A stretch of 53,931 bases of DNA from Myxococcota bacterium. Its GTDB lineage: Bacteria > Myxococcota > Myxococcia > Myxococcales > Myxococcaceae. The stretch's first letter is position 1, and each line of letters starts with the position of its first letter. Below, one piece after another: positions 28,610 through 38,521 of the stretch. Below the pieces are notes generated by a model. It was not told where the DNA came from. It did not search any database and was given only the letters and a program-made list of their open reading frames with translations. The stretch is taken from positions 1-53,931 of the forward strand of contig JBMORE010000182.1 in the NCBI GenBank assembly GCA_049322255.1, written 5' to 3'. The translations under genes and the position numbers were made by a program.

Positions 28610-29670
28610 CGCGCCGAATCCTCCTGCTCACCATTCTTTTGTCCGGCTGCCCCGCACGCCATGCCGCGCCCCTGCCCGAGCAAGCCGAGCGTCACCGTGC
28701 TCGCACGAACGACGGCTGGGAGATTTCTCTGGTGCGCTATCCGCCGGTGGGCGCGCCCAAGGGCCAACCGGTGCTGTTGTGCCACGGCATCTCCGCCAAC
28801 GGCCGCAACATGGACCTCGACGAAGAGCACAGCCTGGCGCGCTGGCTGGCCAAGCAAGGCCGCGACGCGTGGACGCTGTCGCTGCGCGGCACCGGCGACT
28901 CCGATGGCGCTGACGAGGCGAAGGGGCGCCTCCCCGGCTACACCTTCGACACCTTCTGGCAGGAGGACCTGGCGGCTTCCATACGCTACGTGCGCGAGCG
29001 AACTGGCGCGAAGGCGATCGACTTCGTCGGCCACAGCATGGGCGGCATGCTCGCGTATGCCTACCTCGCTCGAGGGGGCCAGGGCCTGCAGGCGGTGGTG
29101 ACTCTGGGGGCGCCCACGCGGCTGGATTGGGGCGGCATGCTCGAGCCGCTGCTCGATCGGGTCGACACCTTGGCGCTGACCGACCAGATGCTGCTTCCGG
29201 TGGCTTTTTCCTCCCAGCTCGTCCTGCCCCTGCTGGGCGAGGTGGAGGGCGACCCGATGCAGCTACTCCTCTACAACCCGCGCAACGTGAAGGCCGAAAC
29301 GTGGAAGCGGCTCTTGGCCGTCGGCACCGGCGATCTCTCCGGTGGGGTGGCGCGGCAGCTCATCGCCATGGTGCGAACCGGACGCTTCACCAGCGCCGAC
29401 GGGCGACACGACTTTCGCGCCAACCTGGCGAAGGTGCGTACGCCCGTCCTGGTGGTCGCGGGCAAGGCCGACCGGGTGGCGATCGTCCCCGCGGTGCGTG
29501 ACGGCTACCGCGCGCTGGGAGGCCCCAAGGAGTGGCTCTTGCTCGGCGAGGAGAACGGGGTGGAGGCGGACTACGGCCACATGGACCTCGTCATCGGCGA
29601 GCGCGCAGCAACCGAGGTGTGGACGAAGGTCTTGAGCTTCCTCGACCGCCACGTATGTTGCCGGCCATGA
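28606..29670 (+). CDS. Alpha/beta hydrolase lipoprotein (lipase/esterase-like)
   Basis: Lipobox LSGC, PVLLCHG, LRGTG, GHSMGG, GKAD, DYGH; GTGA overlap. Confidence 0.88.
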   Translation: MTRRILLLTILLSGCPARHAAPLPEQAERHRARTNDGWEISLVRYPPVGAPKGQPVLLCHGISANGRNMDLDEEHSLARWLAKQGRDAWTLSLRGTGDSDGADEAKGRLPGYTFDTFWQEDLAASIRYVRERTGAKAIDFVGHSMGGMLAYAYLARGGQGLQAVVTLGAPTRLDWGGMLEPLLDRVDTLALTDQMLLPVAFSSQLVLPLLGEVEGDPMQLLLYNPRNVKAETWKRLLAVGTGDLSGGVARQLIAMVRTGRFTSADGRHDFRANLAKVRTPVLVVAGKADRVAIVPAVRDGYRALGGPKEWLLLGEENGVEADYGHMDLVIGERAATEVWTKVLSFLDRHVCCRP

Positions 29671-30965
29671 GATTTGCCACCGCTCGCACGACGCCGGAAC
29701 AAGCGGCCCTGCGCCGCATCGCCCAAGTGTCCGAGGCAACGTTGCCTAACGGGTTGAAGGTGCGGCTGTTGCCCGACGCGGCCGTCCCCACGGTGAGCTA
29801 CTACACGTTCTTTCGCGTCGGCTCGCGCAACGAGCGGCCGGGCATCACCGGCATCAGCCACCTGTTCGAGCACATGATGTTCAATGGCGCCAAGCGGTAC
29901 GGGCCGGGCGAGTTCGATCGGGCCCTCGAGTCGAGCGGTGGGCACTCCAACGCGTACACCTCGTACGACGTCACCGTGTACACCGACGAGGCGGCGGCGG
30001 AGGCGCTGGAGCTGATCATCGACCTCGAATCCGACCGCATGCGCTCGCTGGCGATCAGCGACCAGATGCTACAGAGCGAGCGGCAGGTGGTGATCGAAGA
30101 ACGCCGCCTGCGTGTGGACAACGAAATTCTCGGACGGCTGGATGAAGAGCTGGGCACCTTGGTGTGGAAGGCTCACCCGTACCGCTGGCCGATCATCGGT
30201 TGGCACAAGGACATCGAGAGCATCTCCAAGCAAGACTGCATGGACTATTTCCGCACCTACTACGCGCCCAACAACGCCACGGTGTTCGTGGCGGGCGACT
30301 TCGATCCCAAAGAGGCTCTGGGGTGGGTGCGCAAGTACTACGGCGGCATTCCCAAAGGGCCGGTCCCGCCCACGGTGGTCGACGCCGAGCCTGAACAAAA
30401 AGGTGAGCGCCGCGCGCTGGTGCGTCACCCCGCGCAAGCCCCGTCGCTGATGATCGCCTTCCGCGGCCCGGCCGCCAGACACCCCGACACCTGGGTGCTC
30501 GACGTCTTGCAGTATGCGCTCGCGGTCGGCCAGTCGAGCCGGCTGGTCAAGGCGCTCGTCTACGAGCAGGAGCTCGCCGTCTCGGTCAGCGTGGACTGGG
30601 GCTGGCGCCTCGACCCCGGAGCGTTCGTGCTCTCCCTGGAGCTTCGGCCCGACTCGATCCCCGCGGAGGTGGAACGCGCTCTCTACGTGGAGCTCGACAA
30701 GGTCGCTCGCGAGGGCATCACCCAGATCGAGTTGACCAAGGCGCTAAACAACCTCAAAGCGCACTTCTTGCGCGAGCTTGCCACCCATTCGGGCCGCGCC
30801 AACGCCTTCGGCACCTATGAAGTGCTCCTCGGCTCGTGGCGCGAGGGGATGAAGCTCCCCGAACGCTACGCCCAGGTGACGACCGAGGCGGTGCGGGCCG
30901 CGGGGCAAAAGTACCTCCACCCCGATCGGCGGTCGGTCGTGACTCTCCTACCCGAGGAAGCGTGA
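29667..30965 (+). CDS. M16 metallopeptidase, catalytic subunit
   Basis: LPNGLKV, GISHLFEHMMF (HxxEH), NAYT, EERR, YYAPNNA. Confidence 0.93.
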   Translation: MRFATARTTPEQAALRRIAQVSEATLPNGLKVRLLPDAAVPTVSYYTFFRVGSRNERPGITGISHLFEHMMFNGAKRYGPGEFDRALESSGGHSNAYTSYDVTVYTDEAAAEALELIIDLESDRMRSLAISDQMLQSERQVVIEERRLRVDNEILGRLDEELGTLVWKAHPYRWPIIGWHKDIESISKQDCMDYFRTYYAPNNATVFVAGDFDPKEALGWVRKYYGGIPKGPVPPTVVDAEPEQKGERRALVRHPAQAPSLMIAFRGPAARHPDTWVLDVLQYALAVGQSSRLVKALVYEQELAVSVSVDWGWRLDPGAFVLSLELRPDSIPAEVERALYVELDKVAREGITQIELTKALNNLKAHFLRELATHSGRANAFGTYEVLLGSWREGMKLPERYAQVTTEAVRAAGQKYLHPDRRSVVTLLPEEA

Positions 30966-32323
30966 TGGCCAAGAAGGGAATGGTCGCCACCGCGCCGGGC
31001 CAGCTGCGCGCGCTCCAGTTTCCGACCCTGGAGGAACACCGCACCCCGGGCGGTTTACGGGTGGTGGCCGCCCGGCGCGGGCCGTTGCCGCTGGTCGCCA
31101 TGCGCCTGGTGGTGGAAGCGGGCAGCGCCGTCGATCCTTCGGACAAGCTCGGGTTGGCCGAGCTCACCGTTTCTTTGTGGCGCCGTGGTACCGCCACGCT
31201 GAGCGCCGACCAAATCGACGAGGCGATCGAATTCGTCGGGGGCAGCCTGGGCCTGGGCGCCAGCGAGGACTACCTCTCCATCGCGATGAGCGCTCCCGCC
31301 GAGCACATGGAGGCCTTGATGCAGGTGCTGGGTAAGCTGGCGAGCGAGCCCAGCTTCGTGCCGCTCGAAGTGGAGTCGGCCCGCCGCCGCCATCTGGCCA
31401 TGCTCGCCAACGAGCTCGACGACCCGGGAGCGATCGCGCAGCGCGCCTTGCTCCGCGCGGTGTGGGGAGACCACCCCTATGGGCACGAAGTCTCGGGCAT
31501 GCGGGCGCATGTTGGGCGCGTCACCCGCGACGACGTGGTGGCCTTTCAGCGGGAGCACGTGGGACCGCGCGTCTCGACCCTCATCGTGGTAGGCGACGTC
31601 GCCGCCGTCGACGTGTTCGCCGCCGCCGACCGGGCCTTCGCCGGCTTTTCGGGCGGACCGGCGTCGGCGAAGCCACCAGCTCCCAAGAGCAAAGCGCAGC
31701 TGGCGGGACAGGTCTTGTTGGTCGACAAGCCCGATCAGACGCAGACCCAGGTGCGAGTGGGTGGTCTGGGGGTGAAGAAGACCGACCCGGACAAGTTCGC
31801 CATCGTCGCCTTCAACACCGTGCTCGGCGGCGGCTTCACCTCGCGCCTGGTGACCGAGGTGCGGGTCAAGCGCGGGCTCTCTTACGGTGCGGGCAGCTCC
31901 TTCGACAGCCTCAAGGCCGGCGGCACCTTCTGTGCGTCGACGTTCACCAAGACCGAAACGACACGCAAGGCGATCGACGTGGTGCAAAGAGAGCTTTCCC
32001 GCATGCGCAAGCAGGGGCCCACTCCCGAGGAGCTGCGCGCCGCCCAGCGTTACGTGGTGGGGTTGTACCCCGCGCGCTTCGAGACCAACGAGTCGGTGTC
32101 GGCGGCCGTGGCCGACATGGTGGTGCACCAGATTCCCCTCGAGTGGATTGCGCGTTACCGCGAGCGCGTGGTGGCTGTCTCCACTCGAGAGGCGACGGCC
32201 GCGGCGAAAGCGCACCTCCCCGAGGACCCGACGCTCGTCTTGGTGGGCAATGCCGAGAAGATTCGCCCGCAGCTGAGCGGCTTGGGCCCGGTGACGGAAA
32301 TCCAGGCGGCGGAGTTGGAGTGA
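30965..32323 (+). CDS. M16 peptidase, non-catalytic partner subunit
   Basis: Same fold motifs (HPYG, LGGGFTSRL..EVR.KRGLSY) but no HxxEH. Confidence 0.9.
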   Translation: MAKKGMVATAPGQLRALQFPTLEEHRTPGGLRVVAARRGPLPLVAMRLVVEAGSAVDPSDKLGLAELTVSLWRRGTATLSADQIDEAIEFVGGSLGLGASEDYLSIAMSAPAEHMEALMQVLGKLASEPSFVPLEVESARRRHLAMLANELDDPGAIAQRALLRAVWGDHPYGHEVSGMRAHVGRVTRDDVVAFQREHVGPRVSTLIVVGDVAAVDVFAAADRAFAGFSGGPASAKPPAPKSKAQLAGQVLLVDKPDQTQTQVRVGGLGVKKTDPDKFAIVAFNTVLGGGFTSRLVTEVRVKRGLSYGAGSSFDSLKAGGTFCASTFTKTETTRKAIDVVQRELSRMRKQGPTPEELRAAQRYVVGLYPARFETNESVSAAVADMVVHQIPLEWIARYRERVVAVSTREATAAAKAHLPEDPTLVLVGNAEKIRPQLSGLGPVTEIQAAELE

Positions 32324-32326
32324 GCT

Positions 32327-33001
32327 TTGGCGGGCTTCCCGATTCTCTCCGAGGGAGCGGGGTGGATAGCGCTCGACAAGCCGCCGGGCCTTCCGGTCGT
32401 TCCCGGGCGGGGCGAGGGGCCCTCGGTGCGCGAGCAGCTGGAAGCGTGTGGACGCCGCGTCTTCATCGTCCACCGGCTCGACCGCGACACCTCGGGGGTG
32501 CTGCTGGTCGCGCTCGACGCCGCCACGCACCGCCAACTCTCCATGGCCTTCGAGGCTGGCCAGGTGGAGAAGCGCTACCTGGCGCTGGTCCTGGGCGAGC
32601 TGACGGCTCCTCTGGACGTCGAGCGGGCGCTCGTTCCCGCCCGGCGAGGCCGAATGCGGGTGGCGCGGGAGGGGGAAGCGGGCAAGCCCTCGCGTACCCG
32701 TGCCCGGCCGATCGAAACGTTCGCGAATGCGACGCTGGTCGAGGCCACGCCGCTCACCGGCCGCACGCACCAAATTCGAGTGCACCTGGCCAGCGCAGGC
32801 CACCCGCTTTTGGTCGATCGCCAATATGGCCGACCGGAGCCGGTGAAGACCGACGACCACGAGACGGTCGTTCTCGCGCGAACACCGTTGCACGCTTCGC
32901 GCTTGAGGGTGCCGGGCCTGTGCGAGGTGAGCTCTCCGCTTCCCGCCGACATGGAGCAAGCGCTTGCGCTTCTACGGCAGGGCGTTCTTCGGCTGCACTG
33001 A
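32327..33001 (+). CDS. RluA-family pseudouridine synthase
   Basis: DKPPGL, HRLDRDTSG, TGRTHQIRVHL, LHA. Confidence 0.93.
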   Translation: MAGFPILSEGAGWIALDKPPGLPVVPGRGEGPSVREQLEACGRRVFIVHRLDRDTSGVLLVALDAATHRQLSMAFEAGQVEKRYLALVLGELTAPLDVERALVPARRGRMRVAREGEAGKPSRTRARPIETFANATLVEATPLTGRTHQIRVHLASAGHPLLVDRQYGRPEPVKTDDHETVVLARTPLHASRLRVPGLCEVSSPLPADMEQALALLRQGVLRLH

Positions 33002-34321
33002 TCCGAAGAAGGCGTATCTTCCCCCCAGGCCGATGAAGAACCCGCCCCCGTCGGTGGCGAATCGCGGCGTCTGTAGAAGCCCGAAGGCGCCCCGCAGCTC
33101 CCCGAACAGCTCGAGCGGCCCTGCCCGTCGCCCAAGCTGCGCGGCGGCGAAGACGACGTACCCCAGCCCCCGCTCGGAGAAGGTCGGCTGAAAGTCGCTC
33201 TGGGTGACGTGCGTGAAGGGAACCACGCCCGCTCCGGTGCGAAGGTAAAAGGCCCACGACCCGCGGCGCAGAAGGCGCGCGCGCACCGAAGCCTCGAGGG
33301 GAAAGCTGGAGATGGAGGATCGCAAGCTTCCCACCAGCGTCGAGGTGGATACGCCGGCGCCCTCGAAGCCCACGCCGAGCTCGGCGGTGAGACGCTCTTG
33401 CAGGGTGGAGAAGCGATAGCCAACGGCCAGCCGCGCCGAGACGCCCAAGCCGCCGCCTCCGGCGAAGTGTCCGCCCGCCGAGAGCTCTCCCGACAGCCGC
33501 CCCTGGTACGCCAGGGGCACCGGCGCATCCAGGCTCAAGGAGGCCTGGGTCGTCACCCTCGAGTCTCCCCGCTCGATGTGGGCGCGCAGCACGTCTGTCG
33601 CTCCGGAGGAGTACACCCGAAAACGCGCCACCTCGCCCGTGGCCCCAATTGGCTCGGCACGGCCACCCTCGAGTGAGAGCCGAAGCTGCTCGGGATCGAG
33701 GGGCTCGGTGGCGGCAACCATCAACCAGCCGCCGTATCGCGGGTGCATCGTCTCGGGGCTGAGCGCCGCCACCATCGGGCTGGGAGGAGGCGCACCGATG
33801 GTCACCGTACGCTCGCTGCGCTGGCCGCGCGCCTCGCCGAGCACGCGGGCTTCGTTCACCCCGGGGGGGACCTCGACGGTCAGCGTGGCATGGCCGGCTG
33901 GGTCGGATGGAACGGGTCCGAAACGCGCCGGCCCCAGCTCGATGTGCACGATGGCACCGGGTTCGGTCTGCACCATCAGGTCCGTACGGCCCCACAGCGG
34001 CAGGCGAACGACCGTGGCTTCTGGGGCTTCTTCTTCCTCGCGCCAAAAAAGGAGCAGCGCCGTCTGCGGGTAACGGGTGTCCGGCGGGGTGTAGACGAAG
34101 CGTTGCTCCTGCGCGTACGGGTCATCGGAGCTCTTCAGTGAGCCCACGTTGGCGCTGGCGCGCAGCCGTCCTTCCCCCGATGAGCGGACAGTGACCGTGG
34201 CCGTCGTCCCCGTGCCGAGCGAAAGAGACGTCGGCGAAACGAACGCGCCTGGCGCTTCGGCTCGGACGGAGGCCACCGGGGCCAAGAGGGCGACGGTGGC
34301 GGCGAGCGCTCGGCACGACAT
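32972..34321 (-). CDS. Exported beta-rich protein, possible outer-membrane protein
   Basis: Signal peptide MSCRALAATVALLAPVASVRA, Ig-like beta N-terminus, alternating-pattern C-terminal strands ending GGRYAFF. Confidence 0.65.
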   Translation of the reverse strand: MSCRALAATVALLAPVASVRAEAPGAFVSPTSLSLGTGTTATVTVRSSGEGRLRASANVGSLKSSDDPYAQEQRFVYTPPDTRYPQTALLLFWREEEEAPEATVVRLPLWGRTDLMVQTEPGAIVHIELGPARFGPVPSDPAGHATLTVEVPPGVNEARVLGEARGQRSERTVTIGAPPPSPMVAALSPETMHPRYGGWLMVAATEPLDPEQLRLSLEGGRAEPIGATGEVARFRVYSSGATDVLRAHIERGDSRVTTQASLSLDAPVPLAYQGRLSGELSAGGHFAGGGGLGVSARLAVGYRFSTLQERLTAELGVGFEGAGVSTSTLVGSLRSSISSFPLEASVRARLLRRGSWAFYLRTGAGVVPFTHVTQSDFQPTFSERGLGYVVFAAAQLGRRAGPLELFGELRGAFGLLQTPRFATDGGGFFIGLGGRYAFFGSVQPKNALP

Positions 34322-34373
34322 GGGCGCGCATCCTAGGCCTAGTCGAGGCGCTTCTGGGACCTCTTCCCTTTGG

Positions 34374-34877
34374 CTACGGCTTTTCGGCTGCCGGCTCCCC
34401 GAGCGGCGCCGACGCGGGTGAGTCGCTGGGGGCGTCGACGGTGGGTTGGGGTGGGTGAAACTCTGGCCGCGCGGTGGCTTGCGCTCGCCCGTGCACCAGC
34501 GTCTTTTCCGCTGCCTTGAAGGCGATGTCGACCTTGTCGCCCCGCACCAGGTTGACGATGCCCAAGCCGAAGGTGGGGTGATTGACCACGTCGTCCACCG
34601 CGTAAGTGTCGCGGGCGGAGTAGGGGCGCGCGCGCGACAAGTCTTTCCCCTGTAGGCGCTGGTCGAAGGAGATGACGACCTTCGCCGCCCGGGGTGCGCG
34701 CGGGGCGCGGCTTGGGGAGGCACCTGGCTCGGCACGGAAAGCGTGGTCGCCGTTGCAAGTATTGCAGCGCACCCGAGCGATTTTCGTGCCCACCATCGCC
34801 AAGATGGTGTGGGCGAGTGTCAGCCGGCACCGCGTGCAGAACGCGTCGACCTCGCCTCCGACCTTGTGTGTCGCCAT
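34374..34877 (-). CDS. Zinc-ribbon protein with Tudor-like C-terminal domain
   Basis: CTRC...CNTC; YAVDDVVNHPTFGLGIV; GGAG RBS. Confidence 0.8.
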   Translation of the reverse strand: MATHKVGGEVDAFCTRCRLTLAHTILAMVGTKIARVRCNTCNGDHAFRAEPGASPSRAPRAPRAAKVVISFDQRLQGKDLSRARPYSARDTYAVDDVVNHPTFGLGIVNLVRGDKVDIAFKAAEKTLVHGRAQATARPEFHPPQPTVDAPSDSPASAPLGEPAAEKP

Positions 34878-35003
34878 GCCCGCTCCATGAAAAGACACGG
34901 GCGGAGTAGCACAACTTGACTCACTCACCGGAGAAAAGTACTCGAACGCCTTCCACGCGGCTTACGCCGCCGCCGCCCGCCCACCGTGTGGCTGGACGAC
35001 AGC

Positions 35004-36197
35004 ATGCCCCGAAGGCTCACCGCTTCGCGAAAGAAGAAGGAACCGGCCCGCGTGCCGCGGCGCCGCGCGCTCGACCAATGGGTGCGGCCCACCCGCGCGG
35101 AGATCGACCTTTCGGCGCTCAAGGCCAACCTGGCGCAGGTACGCGCGCTCGCTGGCAAGGCCGACGTGCTTGCAGTCATCAAGGCGAACGCTTACGGCCA
35201 CGGCGCGGTGCCCGTGGCCAAAGCGATCGAGCACGAAGTGCGGATGCTCGGGGTGGCTCTGGTGGAGGAGGGAGTAGAGCTTCGCCATGCCGGAGTGAAG
35301 GCGCCGACCTTAGTGTTGGGGGGCGCCTACGAGCGTGGTTACGAGCTTTTGGTGAAGCACGATCTGATTCCCACCGTGTTCCGTCTCGAGCACCTCACCG
35401 GCCTGCAAAAGGCCGCCGCCGCCGCGCGCCGGAAGGTGAAGGCACACCTCAAGGTGGACACCGGTATGAGTCGCCTGGGCGTTCGGCTCGAGGAGCTGCC
35501 CGCGTTCCTGGACCGCGCGCGCGCCTGCCGTCACGTGCAGCTCGACGGCCTGTTGTCTCACCTGGCCAACGCCGACGTCGAGGGAGCGCCGCTGGCCAAG
35601 GAGCAGCTCAAAGGCTTTCTGCGCGCCCACGAAGCGATGCGCGCGCACGGGTTTACGCCCACCTTCCGGCACCTGGCGAACTCGGCCGGTCTGCTCCAGC
35701 TGCCGCCGGCCCTCCACCCTCCGCTCAACTTGTTGCGCCCCGGAATGCTCCTCTACGGGTACGCGCCGGCCGGGTGGCTGAATGGCCGCGCCAAGCTGCG
35801 CCCGGTGCTCGCATGGAAGACCGGCATCACCCACCTCAAAGAGGTACCGGCGGGCACGAGCGTCTCGTACGGCAGCACGTGGACGGCGAACCGGCCCTCC
35901 CGCATCGCCACCCTGCCCGTGGGCTACGCCGACGGCTACGGCCGCGAGTATTCCAACCGCGCGCAGGTGCTGGTGCGGGGCCTGCGTGCGCCGGTGGTGG
36001 GGCGGGTGTCGATGGACCTGACGATGATCGACGTCACCGGCGTGCCGGGAGTGAGCTTGGGCGATGAGGTGGTTCTGCTCGGCGCACAAGGCTCCGACCG
36101 CATTACCGCGGAAGAGCTGGCCGCGCTCGGTGGCACCGTGCACTGGGAAGTGCTCTGCGCGGTGGGCGCCCGGGTGCCACGGGTCGTTGTGCGTTGA
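35004..36197 (+). CDS. alr: Alanine racemase
   Basis: AVIKANAYGHG PLP site, HLKVDTGMSRLG, HLANSA, RPG, VSYG, GYADG, GRVSMD; start uncertain. Confidence 0.96.
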   Translation: MPRRLTASRKKKEPARVPRRRALDQWVRPTRAEIDLSALKANLAQVRALAGKADVLAVIKANAYGHGAVPVAKAIEHEVRMLGVALVEEGVELRHAGVKAPTLVLGGAYERGYELLVKHDLIPTVFRLEHLTGLQKAAAAARRKVKAHLKVDTGMSRLGVRLEELPAFLDRARACRHVQLDGLLSHLANADVEGAPLAKEQLKGFLRAHEAMRAHGFTPTFRHLANSAGLLQLPPALHPPLNLLRPGMLLYGYAPAGWLNGRAKLRPVLAWKTGITHLKEVPAGTSVSYGSTWTANRPSRIATLPVGYADGYGREYSNRAQVLVRGLRAPVVGRVSMDLTMIDVTGVPGVSLGDEVVLLGAQGSDRITAEELAALGGTVHWEVLCAVGARVPRVVVR

Positions 36198-36220
36198 AGG
36201 GGCCTTGGAAGGCCTCCCGT

Positions 36221-37192
36221 CTACGCCGCCGCGAGCGCGGCAACTTCTTTTGCCGGCCCGTAGGCTTCGGCGTAGCGCCGTGCAAACTCCGCGCGGGTGA
36301 AGCGGTGCTCCTGGCACCCTTTCTGTTCGATGGCGAAGGCAGCAGCCACCGAAGCGATGCGACCGGAGATTTCGTGGGGGAGGTCGTGCGCCAACCCGTA
36401 GGCCAGCCCTGCCAGATACGCATCGCCCGCTCCGGTGGGGTCGATCACCGCCTTCACCGGCGCTGGCCGCACGTGGAGCGGCTTGCCGTTGCCCTCTCTC
36501 GAGTAGATGAGCGAGCCCTCCTCGCCCTTGGTCACCACGGAGAGCGGCGCGGCGGCGATCAGCGCCTCTTCGGAGCGCCCGGTGGTCTTGGCCATCATCC
36601 CGAGCTCGTAGTCGTTGCCGATGAGCACCTGGGCGCCCGAAAGCCCGGCGAGAATCTGCTCGGCCGACAGCCGTGGCGTCTGCTTACCCGGGTCGAACAC
36701 GTATGGCACCCCCAGCTCCCGGCACTCCTGCGCGTAGCGAACGATCGCCTCCGGGGCGGTGGGGGAGATGAGCACCAGGTCTCCCTTCGTCAACCCACGG
36801 CTTCGAAGCGAGAGCTCCTTCGCGTGGGCCATCGCGCCGGCGTAGAAGGCGACGATCTGGTTGTTGGACATGTCGGTGTTGATGAAGCACGAGGCAGTGA
36901 ACTCGTCGGGGATCTGCACCACCCCCGAGGCATCCACGCCGTTGTCGCTCATCCACTTCTGATAGTCGCCAAAGTCGGTGCCGGCGGTGGCCACCACCAG
37001 CGGCCGCTCCCCCAGGAGGGCGAGCGTATAGGCGATGTTCCCCGCCACCCCGCCCCGCAGGCGCTTCATCGAGTCCACCAAGAAGCTCACCGTCAGCATG
37101 TGGACCTTGTCGGGGAGGATGTGCTCCTTGAAGTGGCCCGGGAAGTTCATGATGTAGTCGTAGGCAAGAGAGCCGGTGACGACGATGCGCAC
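36221..37192 (-). CDS. PfkB-family carbohydrate/nucleoside kinase (adenosine kinase-like)
   Basis: TGSLAYD, GGVAGNIAY, NDYE, DPTGAGDAY; GAGGAGG RBS before GTG. Confidence 0.92.
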   Translation of the reverse strand: MRIVVTGSLAYDYIMNFPGHFKEHILPDKVHMLTVSFLVDSMKRLRGGVAGNIAYTLALLGERPLVVATAGTDFGDYQKWMSDNGVDASGVVQIPDEFTASCFINTDMSNNQIVAFYAGAMAHAKELSLRSRGLTKGDLVLISPTAPEAIVRYAQECRELGVPYVFDPGKQTPRLSAEQILAGLSGAQVLIGNDYELGMMAKTTGRSEEALIAAAPLSVVTKGEEGSLIYSREGNGKPLHVRPAPVKAVIDPTGAGDAYLAGLAYGLAHDLPHEISGRIASVAAAFAIEQKGCQEHRFTRAEFARRYAEAYGPAKEVAALAAA

Positions 37193-37273
37193 GTGACGAC
37201 CTCCTCGAGGCGCTCTTGAGCACGCCCTCCACCGCCATTTCAACCAAGAAACGCCCCTGATAAGCGCCAGGCC

Positions 37274-37304
37274 TTGACGACGCTTCGACGTTCTCGCGTA
37301 CAAT
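37274..37304 (+). promoter_or_regulatory. Possible sigma70-type promoter for the PilZ gene
   Basis: TTGACG (37274-37279), 19-nt spacer, TACAAT (37299-37304). Confidence 0.4.
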
Positions 37305-37358
37305 CGAGGTGCCACCGGGGGGAGCGCAGGAGCTTCTTGCGTTGCCGGAGGGCCACAA

Positions 37359-37688
37359 TTGATTGAGAACCGCCGCCACAAGCGGGTGCTTTCTCGCTTG
37401 CGGTGCTGGTGTGAAGGCCAGAACGTGACCTTGTTCGTGCGCATCGGCGATCTGAGTGAAGGAGGCCTCTTCCTCCGCACCAGCACGCCGCTCGAGCGCG
37501 GAACGAAGGCGCTCTTGCGCTTCCAAGTGGGAGAGGCGGCCGAGGTCGAGACACGCGCGACGGTGATGTGGGCGCGCGGTGACGGCGAAGAGCAGCCCCC
37601 GGGCATGGGGCTTCAGTTCGAGGAGTTGGCGCCGGGCACCCGAGAGCTCATTCGGCGGCTGGTCGAAGGGAGCGAGAAGCGGCCCTGA
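37359..37688 (+). CDS. Stand-alone PilZ-domain protein
   Basis: RRHKR and DLSEGG c-di-GMP motifs, V.W, GMGLQF; GGAGG RBS before TTG. Confidence 0.9.
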   Translation: MIENRRHKRVLSRLRCWCEGQNVTLFVRIGDLSEGGLFLRTSTPLERGTKALLRFQVGEAAEVETRATVMWARGDGEEQPPGMGLQFEELAPGTRELIRRLVEGSEKRP

Positions 37689-37722
37689 GGCCGGCGGTTA
37701 GGCAACCCCAAAGGGGGGCAGC

Positions 37723-38454
37723 ATGCGGATTGCGGTCATCTCCGACATTCACTCGAACATCGAGGCGCTCACCGAGGTCTTGCGGGTCGTCGACCAGCAG
37801 AAGGTGGACCGGGTGATTTCTTTGGGTGACGTGGTGGGCTACGGCGCTTCGCCGAACCCTTGCTGCGACCTGGTGCGGGAGGTCACCGAGGTGACGCTCT
37901 TGGGCAACCACGACGCCGCGGTCGCCGGCCGCATGGACTACTCGTTCTATTACGATGCTGCCCGCCATGCGCTCGATTGGTCGGCCAACGTCCTCTCCGA
38001 CGAGAACATGGAGTGGCTGCGCAGCCTGCCGTACACCTATCGCATCGGCGACCTGGGGTTCTGCCACGGCTCACCGGTCGACCCGCGCGGGTACGAGTAC
38101 ATCTTCGCGCTGGAGCAGGCCCGCGAGCTGACGCCCTTCGTGCGGGACTTGCCCGAGGTCACCTTCATCGGCCACAGCCACCTGTGCAAGGCGTTCGCGA
38201 TTGGTAACGGCGAGGTCAACGACGTGGTGGCGCAGAAGTTCGGCATTCGCCGCGGGTACAAGTACATCATCTCCGTCGGGTCGGTCGGTCAGCCGCGCGA
38301 CTACGACAACCGGGCGTGCTTCGTGCTCTGCGACACCGATGCGCGCACGGTCGAATACTTGCGGGTGGAGTACGACATCGAGACCAGCGCGCAGAAAATC
38401 TTCGATGCTGATTTGGCGCTGAACTTCGGCAAGCGGCTCTTCCTCGGCGTCTGA
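37723..38454 (+). CDS. Calcineurin-like metallophosphoesterase
   Basis: SDIHSN, LGDVVGYG, GNHD, HGS, GHSH, GSVGQPRD. Confidence 0.93.
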   Translation: MRIAVISDIHSNIEALTEVLRVVDQQKVDRVISLGDVVGYGASPNPCCDLVREVTEVTLLGNHDAAVAGRMDYSFYYDAARHALDWSANVLSDENMEWLRSLPYTYRIGDLGFCHGSPVDPRGYEYIFALEQARELTPFVRDLPEVTFIGHSHLCKAFAIGNGEVNDVVAQKFGIRRGYKYIISVGSVGQPRDYDNRACFVLCDTDARTVEYLRVEYDIETSAQKIFDADLALNFGKRLFLGV

Positions 38455-38521
38455 CGGCGGCAGCTAAAGCCGACGTCGAAGCGTCACCACACCGGCGCCG
38501 GCATGCACTAAGGTCTGCTTC

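Noticed and set aside
29667..32323. Inactive M16 subunit as a novelty
   Set aside because: Active plus inactive M16B gene pairs are common and well described
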